Origin: Nymphaea colorata
Lineage: Eukaryota
NCBI RefSeq assembly: GCF_008831285.2
Contig: NC_045138.2
Coordinates: 41,292,001-41,356,000 of the forward strand
DNA: 64,000 bases
Reading direction: 5' to 3'
Below are positions 39,746 to 53,100 of this stretch, piece by piece; the first letter of the stretch is position 1, and each line of letters opens with the position of its first letter. Position numbers and translations under genes: made by a program. Under the pieces are notes generated by a model. That model worked only from the letters and a program-made list of their open reading frames with translations, did no database searches and was not told where the DNA came from.

Positions 39746-40469
39746 GTATCAACCAGCGTAAATGAATCTTCCATTGCAATATTAAGGCTGGCTCAGCCTC
39801 ACATAGTAGACACTTTTATGATTCACGATCTCAGGGAAGTGAAAGTTTAGCATCCATTGATGCCATTGTCGACCACCTAGCATATAAGACATCCAGTAGT
39901 AAGTGACTTTAAATGAACATAATTTAGCATTAGTTTTGATAGAATGTATGTTTGTCTTGAGATGTGGGATCTAATGTAAAAGAGGTATATGAAAAATACC
40001 GCTTATAAACAACCTGAAATTTGTGCACTAAATGAAAATTAAGCCACCGAAAAAAACGAATGTGTACACGAAGAAGCGTTTTCTAAAAAAATGCACATCA
40101 AAAATACTTTTTTATGGAAAAAAAGAATTTAACATGAAATTTAATGTGAACAGTTTAGAATAAAGCCTAGTTTTGGGGGTGATGCACTCGTTATTCAAAT
40201 TGAAGAACGAGACCAACTAGAGACAACCTGGAAGAATTTTAAAGTTTAAATGCTAAATTTTAAAGAAATTAAAATTGTCAAACAAATATGGTACTAGAAA
40301 CATTTGATTCTATTTGAGTTTGAAGAGGAATTTCAAATGATCAAACACTTGTTTATTGACATAAGAGTAGAAGTATGTTTTTTGGAGTTTTATACCGTTT
40401 GTCTAAAATAAATATTAAATGACATAAATATAATTTGGATCCAATGACGACATGCCCGCGTTCATCGCC

Positions 40470-40477
40470 TATAAATA
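40470..40477 (+). promoter_or_regulatory. Candidate TATA box upstream of FtsH12
   Basis: TATAAATA at the transition from AT-rich intergenic DNA to the GC-richer leader. Confidence 0.4.
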
Positions 40478-41148
40478 GCTCACTTCCCTCCGGATTACGT
40501 TTTCAAGACTAACACTACTCTACTGCCCGCGTGGCCGCAGCGGCGGTGCCCTGCCAGCGGGAAGAGAGAACGCGGTGGTGTTCCTACAAGCAGCGAGCAA
40601 GCCCAACCGCTACAGGCGGTTTCTTTGTGGTGGTACGAGCACCCAGACTAATTGTTGGATTCCGCCGTCGAAAAAGTCCCGGTGAAATGCCTTATGTCTA
40701 TTTCCAGAAACCTGCATTGAGTGGCAATTTTCGGTGGGGATAAGTTTCTGCTATCGTCTCACGATCGTACGCCACCGGTAAAATCTCATTCCGCACTGCT
40801 GACACTCGCTCCACATTCCGCATTCGGTGGCGAGAGGGACGATTGTTGGTCAATTACTGGGGGGGTTCTCTTCGTCTTTGATCCTGTGATGTGCTAGACC
40901 GTTACCACATTCCGGTAAGAACGATGGCGTCGATAAGCCCTAAGGCTTCTGTTCGCGTCGGAGTCCAGGCCGTGCTTTGCTAATGCCCGACCTCTGTTTC
41001 TCCCAGTTGTTTCCTTATATTTTTTTTTGCTTTAGCAGCGAAGAGTTTCTTCCCGCGCATTCTTAGGTTTTTCTTGGTTCGTTTTTCTACGCCTATAAGT
41101 CGGTGCCGATTCTTGCTGTCTTGATCGATTTGGTTAAATTGAGAACCG

Positions 41149-44100
41149 ATGGAGTTTTCAGTATCTGCTCACGGACCCACTCCTCTAGGGCCCACGTCTG
41201 TCGTTGGTCTGCCTCGGCGCCGTCTTTTGCTTGTTAGTTTGAAAAGAAACCAATCGGGCCTTTGCAATCGCCAGTTGCATAGAAGAAGACGCAGTGTAGT
41301 TCGTTCATCTCTCTCCAATGGCAGCAGAGACGACGAGACTAGCGAAAATGGCACAATTTTGTCCGGCTTTCTGTATTCTGCGTCTCGGGGGTCGCGACGG
41401 TTTTTCAATGGTTTTCGCGATCGGTTGGAGAAGGAAATTAGTTTCGATGTGGATCGAGTTTCTTCCCAGATGGAGAGTTTGACAGCTGGCGTTGGTGAAG
41501 CCCTAAGTAGAGGTCAAGCCGAACTTGATAAGTTGAGATTTGACTTGTTTCCGAGATTTGTTGATTGGAACCAGTGGGAGAATTGGAAGGTATTTAGTAT
41601 TTTCTTATATGCCTGTGCTCAAGAATCTCTGTTACTTCACGTGTCCTGTAGTAATTTGGTTAAATTAATTACTACTTTTTTGTTGGGTCATAGATTAAGG
41701 CCTCTCCTGATTATTTTGCACTTGCATGCCTATGATCAAGAATCTACGTGTCACTGGTTCAGTATTCGTATTTAGGTGGTTCTTAAACGAGTTAGCCTCC
41801 AATTCTGATGGTTATATCGTTTTTCTGTCACGAGAAAAAAAAAAATGAATAACTGTAGAGTGTAGTTGGTACCACGTAGGCAGCGTCCAACACAAGCAGG
41901 TAAATCTGGAAGGGCAATGGGAACGAAACACCCGATGAAATGATATAATGAAATTAGTGCAAAAAGCCATGGCATTGTTTGCATATTTTTGGAGATTTGT
42001 AGTGACAGGAAAGGCTTGAAATGTCGTCAAATTTAGGATTGGTAAAACTATTCAAATAACAGGAGGAACGAAAATAGCACGTTGTAGTTTTCAAACTCAA
42101 AACCATAAGGCAGTGTTTACATGGAAACAAGGGATAAAATGAAAACTACTCAAAATTTCAAAGCATCCCAGTTGACAAAAAGTGGATTGAGCGGCACGAT
42201 CAGAATAATATCATCACTTAAAGTTATTTGTAAATGCAATGGTTTGTCCAATTGTCCTTGCATTACGTTAATGGTCTTTACGTGTCTAAAAGCTGAGGTC
42301 TTTTTTACTGTTCTAGACACATAGCCGATTGCTTGAAGAGTATTTCAAACTTTTGCGTAATTTTCTATCATTCTGGGATAAAATATATTTGGAAGAAGGA
42401 CATAAAGGTACAACTGAAACAGGTAATTTGTTTTCTCTTTTGTTTCCTGATCAGGAAGAGGGGCGGATTGAGGGGCTGGAAAGTATGTTACAGGAAAGGG
42501 ACTTTTTTTTTTTAAATTTTCAGTTTTAATAAGGAAACTTGATTTTAGTGCGTTGAGAAAAGAAGAATATTTAGAAAAGGATGGTCCTGTTGCATTTTTA
42601 AAATTGTTTGTTCTATGAACAATTTGATGTTTCCTTTTTTAGTTAGTTACTGGCTTACTGCTTTGCTTCTTGACATAGTTTGGTAAGCATCAGATACACC
42701 TGCAAGTAACACAAGATGCAGACACATAGGCAAACAGATATCTATGTATGTGCATGTATTTATGTATGTAGCACTTTTCACTGCATTCAAAAATGTCATT
42801 TGTTTCCAAACTCTTAACAATATTACATATAAACTTGCAAGCATAAATAATAGTTTAAAATAGTTAGATCTATATCATGCTTTTTATGAGAGATCACACA
42901 CTACAGATCACATTTACATGGTCTAGTAAACTAAGTAATTCCTGGAATCTTCTAAAGAATGTCTACAAATTCCACACAGTTTCTCGTGCTTAACAAATTT
43001 AAAAGTACCCTTCATTTTCTATTACTATGTTAAATTTATAAAGAAAACACTTGAAGATGCTTTGCAGTACAAAAGTATCGGCGAGAACTTTTTCTATTAT
43101 TTTTGTGAGGGGCAACCTTTACATGCAATAGTGCTATGCAGTTTCTAAAATTTCTGAGGCCAAAAGATGTGACGGACTTCTTGAGTATCATACAAATAAA
43201 ATGCGAAGCACACATATTTCTACTATAGAAATGTTAAGACTCATAAATGCCATTTGCTGATAAGCTTCCTTGTAAAAGCCTGTTGTTAGCTCCTCGAGTT
43301 TAGTCAGTCACTGATTTTGCTATTTATTACAGTTTGATTTAGTGTTCCAACTCCCATACATTGCTGACTCGTGCCTTCAAATTATGCAGATTAAATAGTT
43401 ATCCTGATCAATTTGAATTTTCAGGATCTCAAGAGTTGGAGCCCTAGGCGAATTGGGATCTTGATGTTGTATGTATTCGTTGTGGCATTCTCATTCCATA
43501 GAACTTACATGGCTTTGAGAATGCTAGACGGACACAAAAAAAAGACACAATCAGCGGAAGCTTACATGGAAGCATTGATACCTGAACCTTCCGAATATAA
43601 TATCAGGAAGTAAGTTTGACATCTATGTAGCAATGAGTAGTTTTCGTCCTTTGTTTTTTTGGTTTGAGGCGATCTGCAAATGGTTTTTGTCATGAAGTTA
43701 GATTTTTTTCTATTGCTTTTCCTGTTCTCTTCTCATATTCTTTATGGTTGGTACTGTTGCTGATTTGTACTTTGTGAAACAAAGTACAGATTTTTAAACT
43801 AGTCCTCATAACACTGAAAAACGGGTCAGGGCTGGACAGGTAAAACAACTACTAAGAAGATAACGGGCTAAAAGATTTATACTGATCCAGATTATGTGGT
43901 TCTATCCATCGTCACAAAAAACTTTCTCGCTTTTTAAATGGCGATGTTTTTCTCTGCTATAATACTGCAAGCTTCAAAAAAATGGAAAAAAAGGGGGACA
44001 TGGTAATTTTTTTAAAAATAAAAAACTGCAAATGTGGGAAAAATAAAATAAGTAAGAAACTCATAACAAGCATCAAGAAATAAGTATACTTGGAATCAGA

Positions 44101-47100
44101 TAAAAACTAGAAAATGAATACAAACAGTTTGGCATTAAAAAAACATGAAAAAATCAATAAAACAAAAAAACGTGTTTTTCTCTCTCTCTCTTTTTTTTTT
44201 CTGGTGTTTTTTTAAGTTTTAAACGGTTAATTTACTTATCGCGTTTTTTTTTAAACGCTTTTTTTGTGACTCTGGTCCTATCCAATAAAACCAAGTTCAT
44301 ACCTCTTCATTGTACAGTGACTAGAAGCCCATAAATAGTTGCTAGATAGAGTTTTTCCTGTTTTTACTCTAACCATAATTTTAATCAACAACGAGTGTGC
44401 AATTGCAATCATATTTAATGAGGTTATAACTTGTATCATTTTGAACTTATTGTTGGCCACGAGTTCTTTATCAGTTGCTTATCCTGTATTGCTATCTCTA
44501 TATTTCTTATTCATGCTATTGGCCTTGCTCACTTGATCTATATTGCCCTCACTTGATGTGATCGTTTATTGCACTAAGTGCATATTTGTAGGTTAGTCTT
44601 GATAATACTGAAAAATGGGTCATGGGCCTTATGGCTGGAGAAGACAAAACAACCATTTGAAAAAACAGGCTAAAAGATTTATAATGGTTCTGATTATGTT
44701 GTCCTATCCAATAATACTAAGTGCATACTTCTTTACTTGGCAGTGTTGGAAGTCTGTAATTAGTTGCTATACTGAGTTTTTCTATTTTTTACTCAAACTA
44801 TAATTTTAATCACAGTAAATGTGCTGTTATGCACGTATTGTATGATGTTAAACCTTAACAAAATTGTGAACTTATTTTCAGCCGTGACTTGAGATATCTA
44901 CCCGGAGTATGAGATTCAATGGCTGAAGAATAGCTAAGAATCATCTTAGCATATTCTTATTATTGTTATCATTATTCTTTTAAACTCTATATTCTTTCCA
45001 TGTGAACTTTTACTGCAGAGAAAACCCACATATGCTACTTTAAGCAACCACAGAGAGAAGTTTCTGGTCATGCAACATGTTCTACTGAATGCAATGGAAC
45101 TGTTGAAATTTGACTATGGTACTTACGTCTCCTAGTCGTGTTCTGCAGCTGCTGCTTTTTGGGGACTTGTTTTGATACTGTGGGGAATAAAAAATAGATC
45201 CTTCAAGGTGCTTGTTTGGGCTTGCAATCTAGTGATTGCAGGCAATGAAATTAAGATCATAAACAGGATATATTTCTCCAGGATCCTTGAAACACTCCTG
45301 TTACTTCTGGTACATTTGAATAAAAAACTTTGCTGTGTTCTAGAAAAAACAAATGTCTTCATAATTTAATAATATCTATGGGAAGCTTTTCTTTCTTCTT
45401 CAGATGGAGTTGGGTGTCAAGTATCAATTGCAACAAATATTTAGATATTTGCTTTATGTTGCAGGTGTAACAGAAACCTTTAGTGGCCAAGCTTGACTTT
45501 TTATTCTTTTTCCTTACTCGCCTGCAACTCAATCATCAGCTTGTCTTGCTTTCTGGTTAGAGCATCAGATGTGGGCCAAACGGAAAATGAACTGTTGAAT
45601 TGGGCTTCAAAGGAAAATGAAGATTATTTGGAACTTTCTTTTGCATCAGGATGTCCTTTTGTGGCCATTACAATTTTAGGAGATGGGATCAAAAGTGAAT
45701 TGGATAGTGCAGTTGCATCTTTTGCTTCCTTATTGTGGTTTTTGAGATATACTGCTGTATTCGGTTATGGAACTTGTAGTGTGTGAATAACATCTTAGTT
45801 TAGAATGGTGTGACGTACTATGTAGCTCAATTTTTTGGCTAACAGTTGGGACAAATGTTAGTTTAGGTGGTTACTCCAAACAGTTGGGACAAATGTATCA
45901 GAGTGCATTTTCTTCTGACCATAATTACCATATGGTTTTTTCCATATGTGAGTGAATATAAGTATCATATGATAGACGACCCATTAGCTGATGCAGGGGT
46001 CAGCTACTTTCTTGTGAAAGATAGAGCACCTTAGGGAGTTAATTGTATCAGGATAAATTGAAATAATTTTATATTGTATATTGCAGGATATGATTGGTAT
46101 TCTAATAATGCAGGTTTAAAAAGAGTATGTGGAGGAAGTCCATGCCAAAAGGCCTGATAATAAAAAAGTATATAGAAGGTCCTGATGGCATACTTTTACG
46201 TGACAATGCATATGTTGGGGAGCTTGCGTGGGAAGAAGAGCCGGAGGCTAGCCCTGTAACCATTGCAGAAATAATTGATTCGGAGACAAACATGAAAGCA
46301 GAAAAAAAAGAAATGTTAAAGGAAGAATTGTGCATTGGTTGGTTAAAGGATTTTATGTCCTCCCCCCCTTTTCCCCTTTGCTTATGATTTTCTTTTTTGC
46401 TAAATTATTGCTTGTTGATGGTTGCTTATGATTTTATTTTTTGCTAAACTATTACTTCATGCAGGATTAGCTATATGAACCTTGCATATTTTATTTAAAT
46501 GTATTGACTGTCTAGGAACATTGATCTGATTTGGCAGAGGCCATACTTGGTTTACCATTTACCAACTACTGGAGTTATTTGCAGTTGAGAGTGGTACTTA
46601 GCTCCTATTAGGGTGATACTTTTCGCATTATACTTTGGTCTACGATAAGTTTTGCCCATTCGAGTGATTTTATGCTTGATGCTTAGTAAGCATGCTCCAA
46701 ATTTGAACTCCCTATTTGGATTTACCAATCTTATTACAAGTGAACTTGCTCATTTTTGTGGTCAATGGAACGTGGGTTCGTAGCAAAAGTAGAAGGTAAA
46801 TGGGACATCATTTTAGTCTGGCACAAACACATGGATGTTGTCATGTTAAAAACAATGTTTCATGGGTTCATAATTTAAATGTGCCCACCTAGATACATTT
46901 GTTTTCGACCCTAAAGATATTTGTTCTGACCCAGGACAAATAAATGGCTGTTGTTATGTATTAAGTAATTCTACTTGACTTTCATGTCTAAACACATCCA
47001 TCAACTATGTCACAATGGTACGTGGATTATGGCATACCAGTTGTAACGCCTCAAATGTTTAGTCCCGTATTGAAGATTGTGAGAGATTTTCAAGGGCTTA

Positions 47101-50100
47101 TAAAGAGGGTTATTAAATAGATGGTTGTCTTGGTTCCTAGCCTTTTTCAGGTTGGAGCTGAAACTGTTAGGAGGCGGGTTGGGATCCGTCGAACCAGGGG
47201 CCCGAGCCCAGGAGTGGGTCGGGTTGTTATACCAGTACCGGTATAGTGGTATGCCAATACTGGTACGGCGGTAAGACACTAGTATGTTTGGATCAGTTCT
47301 AGGTCAGAGTTGATCCAAACCTTTTTTTTCATCTTTTTTTACATTTTAACCATATTTTTGTTAGTTTATTTATGTTTTATGGGATTGTATGTAGAAATTA
47401 TGAAAGAAACTATTCAAAATGGTCTTAATAATGTGTTGTATGTATATATATATATATCTAGACACTTACACTTTTTTGCCATACCCCTAGACCAAGATTT
47501 TCTAAAATTGCCATGTCCGCTTGCCCGTACCTATGTGACATGGCCATCAATGATTCAATATACCTTTATTTCCAAAACCTTATTTGTCTACTTTTTCACT
47601 TTCCACCAAGAAAAGAGGTAAGAAAGGCGAAACAGGAAAATTATCAACCTGTTATTTCTCCTACACCAATATTTGCCTCCTAGCCCAATTTAGCGGACAT
47701 TTGGTTACTTAAGTTCCATAACATTCAAAACATTATTAGTAGGAGAATGAGGAGTTTGCCTGAATCTTTTCTTACCAATTGATGACTGCTTCCATCAAGA
47801 GGCATTTCTCATGTACATTATAGTTTTTTCTTCACCTACATCTTTTGTTTCGGAAGAAAACCTAGTGAGATATAAGTAGCATGACAAAAACTCTGCCTAA
47901 AAGCTTGCACTGCACATACTGAAACTTCATCAAAAGTTTGCTTAAAAGAGAAAAAGAAAAATTGTCCAATTCAAGTAACAGAAATTTCCAAGTATATGCT
48001 TGGCTCAAATATCCTGAATTAGTAATCAAGTACACCAAGTTAATGTTCAGATCCAAGTTTACCTTTGTACAATTTCTTGGTTTGACAACTTCTCCATGGT
48101 GTGTGTGGCAAGTTGGCAGCTATTGGTTTCTTTGGCAGTTTATGCATATCTGCTGCCTTGGTTGCCTACTGAATGAATCGTGCTTGCGTGTTGAATTGAA
48201 GAATGTAACATCTATGCCTTGCCCCAACTGGTGCTACAATTTGCAAATATAAAGTATTTCTGATGCATATGAGTACATGTTTTTTACATTTTAGGAGATG
48301 ATAAAAACAGACAAAGTACATGGCGCGAGAGGCTTGGAAAATGGAAAAAAGTTCTGGAAAACGAGAAGTTATCTGAGCAGCTTAGTTCATTAAATGCACA
48401 ATATGTGGTCGATTTTGATATGCAAGAAGTTAAAAAGAGTCTTCGTGAAGAAGTGGCAGAAAAAGCTTCTGCTTCCCAAGGAGGTAGAGCTTTATGGATT
48501 TCCAAAAGATGGTGGCTCTATCGTCCAAAACTTCCTTATATGTTTTTCCTGGATAAGCTTAATTCTGCTGAGGTATAATTTTGTTGGATCATTATGCTAG
48601 TATGCTTGTTGAGATGTGATTCAGCAGATTTATATACATGAAGTCCGTGAAATTGCTGGATTTCAATCATTTCATTCTTTTGTTGTGACTATCTTTTGGT
48701 TTTTTCCAACTGTATTGTTTGATCTACATATTCACCCTTGAGTTTCCAATTTGGCAATCATTTTTTTGTGTTCAGGTTGCATCTATTGTCTTTACAGAGG
48801 ATCTGAAGAAGATATATGTAACCATGAAAGAGGGGTTCCCATTAGAATATGTTGTAAGTTCAAGAGAACATCCTTTCTTTGTACATCAACCTTTAACTAG
48901 AAAATGCTAACTTGCAGATTAAATGATTGAGGGTTGTGACAAATTCAATCTTATTAGGTTGATATACCTCTTGATCCTCACCTATTTGAGATGATCTCCT
49001 ATTCTGGAGTTGAAGTTGATCTTCTCCAGAAAACTCAAATGCATTACATTATCCGAGTGGTGATTGCACTGGTTCCTGGTCTGCTAATTTTGTGGTTCAT
49101 AAGAGAGGCTATGATGCTTTTGCATATTACTTCACAGCGGTTTCTTTATAAAAAGCATCGCCAACTTCAGGATTTGGCATATGCCGAAAATTTTATTTTG
49201 GTATAACCTATCTCCGCTCCAGATGAATTATTAAATGTTATAGGCAGAGTAATTGATGTACTGGAACTCCTGTATCTGATGCTTTGTCATTTACCCAGCC
49301 TATTGAAGGTACTGATGAAATGAAATCAATGTATCGAGAAGTGATATTAGGTGGTGATGTATGGGATCTTCTGGATGAGTTAATGATATACATGGGCAAC
49401 CCATTGCAGTATTACGAAAAGGAAGTGAAATTTGTTCGGGTAATGCTTTTTTACTTGTTCTCTGTCATTGACTCATTGGAACTGTTTTAGTCAAACAGTA
49501 TATGCTGGGGTATGCTTTATCTTGAGAATTCATTTTCTTAAGTCTTCAGATTGTTTTCTTCTTTGGCAGGGGGTTCTTCTCTCTGGACCACCTGGGACAG
49601 GCAAAACTCTTTTTGCACGTACACTGTCCAAGGAAAGTGGGCTTCCTTTTGTCTTTGCTTCTGGTGCAGAGTTCAACAATAGTGAAAAAAGTGGTGCTGC
49701 AAGAATTAATGAGATATTTTCCATGGCTCGGAGAAATGTAGGATTCTTTTGTCTTTATAGCTCAAGTTAGTGTTTTGTTTAATATTTGAAAAAATATTTA
49801 TATTTTGTTTGGCAGTTCATTGTTATAGATTGCAAAGCCTTTTTTTGGCTTTTCTTTAGATGTTGAAGAGACTTGTTGATTGATCGGGTGGGAAACATTT
49901 TTCAATTCTGAAATTTTCAGCTGCTAATGCTGAATTTTCAGTGTGTGCCATTTCAGTTGTTCAATTAGTCTTGGTTGTCAAACCATCGACCAGTCTGTCT
50001 GGCTAGGGGACTAGTCAGCCTAGTTGGTGCTCTGGTAAATAGGCACTGGCCTGAAAGTTGCTGGGGCCAAGGAGCGCGATTAGTCCATTGACTAGGTTGA

Positions 50101-53100
50101 CTTATTGGTGGTTTGGGCCTAGACAATCAACATTGGGTTAGTTTCATTTTTTTTTTCTTACCTTGCTCAAAGAATAGACTACATTGGTTAATTTTGTTTT
50201 TTATTTTTTTAAAACTTAGGCAAACTTTTATAAGGGCAAAAAAGTGTCAGAAAAGTTATGTGCTCCATATGATTTTACTTTTTCTGGATTTGTTCTCTCT
50301 CCCTCTCCCCCCTCCTTTTGTCTGTGGCTTCTAGATAAATATATTTCTGCATATATATGTGTAGATGTATTTATGTATGAATGTGTGTGTGTATCTGTAT
50401 ACAAACGGAAACCAAATTGTTATATGCTTGAGTAATCAAGTAACAGAGTCTGGGACTCATACTTCGTGAGAATCATATTCATGACTCATTGATGTGTCCT
50501 TTGGTGATATTGATGGGCTGGCTGATCCGTTCCATATAAAGAAATTCTTATTCTTTGTTTGAATTAGATCTCAATTTTAGAAGATTCTCTATGTGTGTGT
50601 GTACGCATATGTATGTATGTATGTATGTATGTAATCCGTGGGTGTGTATGCATGCTACTATTTTATCTGTCTGTAATGTGTCTGTCCAGGCTCCTTGTGT
50701 CAGATGTAAAGTTGATCTTGTGCTAGTGTTGAAATATGCTGGCTAGGCTGTGCGTATATTTTCTGTTCAACTGATGCATGAGTTTTTTACTTGTCCAGGC
50801 TCCTTCATTTATCTTTATTGATGAAATTGATGCTATTGCTGGCCCACATGCAAGAAAGGATCCACGCAGACGTGCTACTTTTGAAGCACTGTTAACCCAA
50901 CTTGATGGGGAGTAAGTGTTTCTTTTCTTTATCGTAGTTGTCATATCCATGGTGTTGTTTTTTAATATTCTGTAGATTAACTGTTATTCTCATGGATCAC
51001 CATCCTATGGGAGCCTGATGTTCTTCTTCTATATTTACATGTTGCATATAGTTTGACTGACTAGTTTGCTAGTTTAAGGGATTTACCTCGTACTGTATAG
51101 TTGTTGAGTGCTTAGAATTCTTGATTAAATCATTGAAAATTTTGATGCTTTCTTCTGTTTGTCAAATAAGGATTTTTATGATAGGAGATGTGTTAAAATC
51201 CGAATCAACATCGTGTAGAATACATTCTCTATCTTCCTAATAATTTGGTCTGCAAATTATCTGCATCTGTAGTTCATTGTTTTGTCCTATATTTGGGTAC
51301 AAGAATACTCCAGATTTTATTCATTATTAATGTTGCATTGTTCTTATTTAATGCATATTGAAAATATGAAAATGTTACTATAAAGCATATTTGTCCACCA
51401 CCATTGAAATAGCATGTGTGGTCCTTTAAATGAAAGTGCTTCCATGTTACTATATCATATTTTGATGTCTTATCTGAAAGTGAGATTTATTTTATACTTT
51501 GAAATAATTCCCAAAACTTAATTCATCTTATACAAAAAGTTAATTGCTCTGTTCCTAAAAGAATTGAAAGAAGGTGGAAAATTGAAGGTAAGATGAAATG
51601 TTTGGCAGGTAATGTCTCTTCTTAATGCTTGCCTTTATGTTTAATATCCCCTTTGGAAAACCATACAGGTCATTCAAGAAACATGAATAGTTTTAAATTC
51701 TGTTTATAGGATCTGGTACTGATGGTTCAGTTTAGTCTAATCAAAAGGGTTCCCATCTCTGCAGTTAAATTTTCTCTAGTATCAAGAAATTAGCAGCTCT
51801 AAGTTAATCAGGATTTAATTCTGCTATTGCTGTTTGCACCTTAAGATAAGCCTCCTTATGTGTAAACCTGAAGAGTTGTCTAAAAACAGTGATCTCTGCC
51901 TAAGGTGCTGTTAAGCTATGAAATGAGTGGTTTTACTGGACTTTTCCAAAAATTATCTGTTTGAAAACAAATTAGCTGAGGGTGTTACTTTGGCAGGAAA
52001 GAGAAAACTGGTGTCGATAGATTTTCTCTCCGGCAAGCTGTGATATTTATTTGTGCAACTAACCAGCCTGATCAACTGGATGCTGACTTTGTTCGTCCTG
52101 GACGAATAGATCGTCGACTTTACATTGGGATGCCAGATGCCAAACAGCGGGTGGACATTTTTGGAGTACATGGTGCTGGCAAGAAGTTCTCTAATGATGT
52201 AGACTTTGAGAAGGTGACTGTCTGTTGTCCTGGATTCGAACTAGGATGTTGCTTCTTTTTTTTCTGCATTTGGATAAATAATCATAGTTGATAACTGAGA
52301 AGGTAGTTGTGATTATTGAGGACTTGAGGTGGTTGAAAGGAATTTATAATGGTCAATTGACGATCCAGATCCATACGTTACCAAGTCTGACCTATTTGAA
52401 TCTGGCAGAATAGGATTCAGATTTGGAGTGGATGCCACCAGGTGAAACTAAATGTGGATCTGTCTACCTTAGAGTCAGTCTCTCATATGTGGTTGGACTC
52501 CAGTCAGATTGTTCAAGGTTCATATGCGAATCTTGATACTGGGCAAAATAATTCAACCACTAGTTGACTCTGATCATTATTGCGGAATCTGGGTAGATGG
52601 GATTTGACTTGGTTAGATGTCTGACTTGAGTATGAAGATTCTGAATTGTTTACACTCTTGATGGACCAAAAGATGAGCCGAAATCTTCTATTGTTATATA
52701 CATTCAATTTGTGCTGTTACATGTCTCTTGCAGCTTGTCTTTCGGACTGTTGGTTATTCTGGAGCTGATATTCGGAACCTTGTAAATGAGGCAGCAATAA
52801 TGTCGGTATGTTCCTGTTCTATTTGTTCTAGCAGAATTTATGAGTTCTTTGAACTTTATGAGCATTTTATCTGCACATTTAATTGTATCTGAAAATTTTT
52901 ACATGGATGCACAAGCAAGCTGAAACATTTGTCGCATTACATGCATATGAAGATGTCTTGGGGCAGGCAATCTAATAGTTGTGCTTCTGACATATTTAGT
53001 TAATTTTTGTCTGTTAAAATTTCCGCATTTTCTAACAGTGGGATCAAAATTTTTCCTGCATCTATTTCTCAAACTTGATTGCTTGAAAGGGAGTCGTAAA

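Noticed and set aside
45841..45896. CRISPR-like repeat-spacer-repeat
   Set aside because: Only two units, in a eukaryotic intron, with no cas genes.
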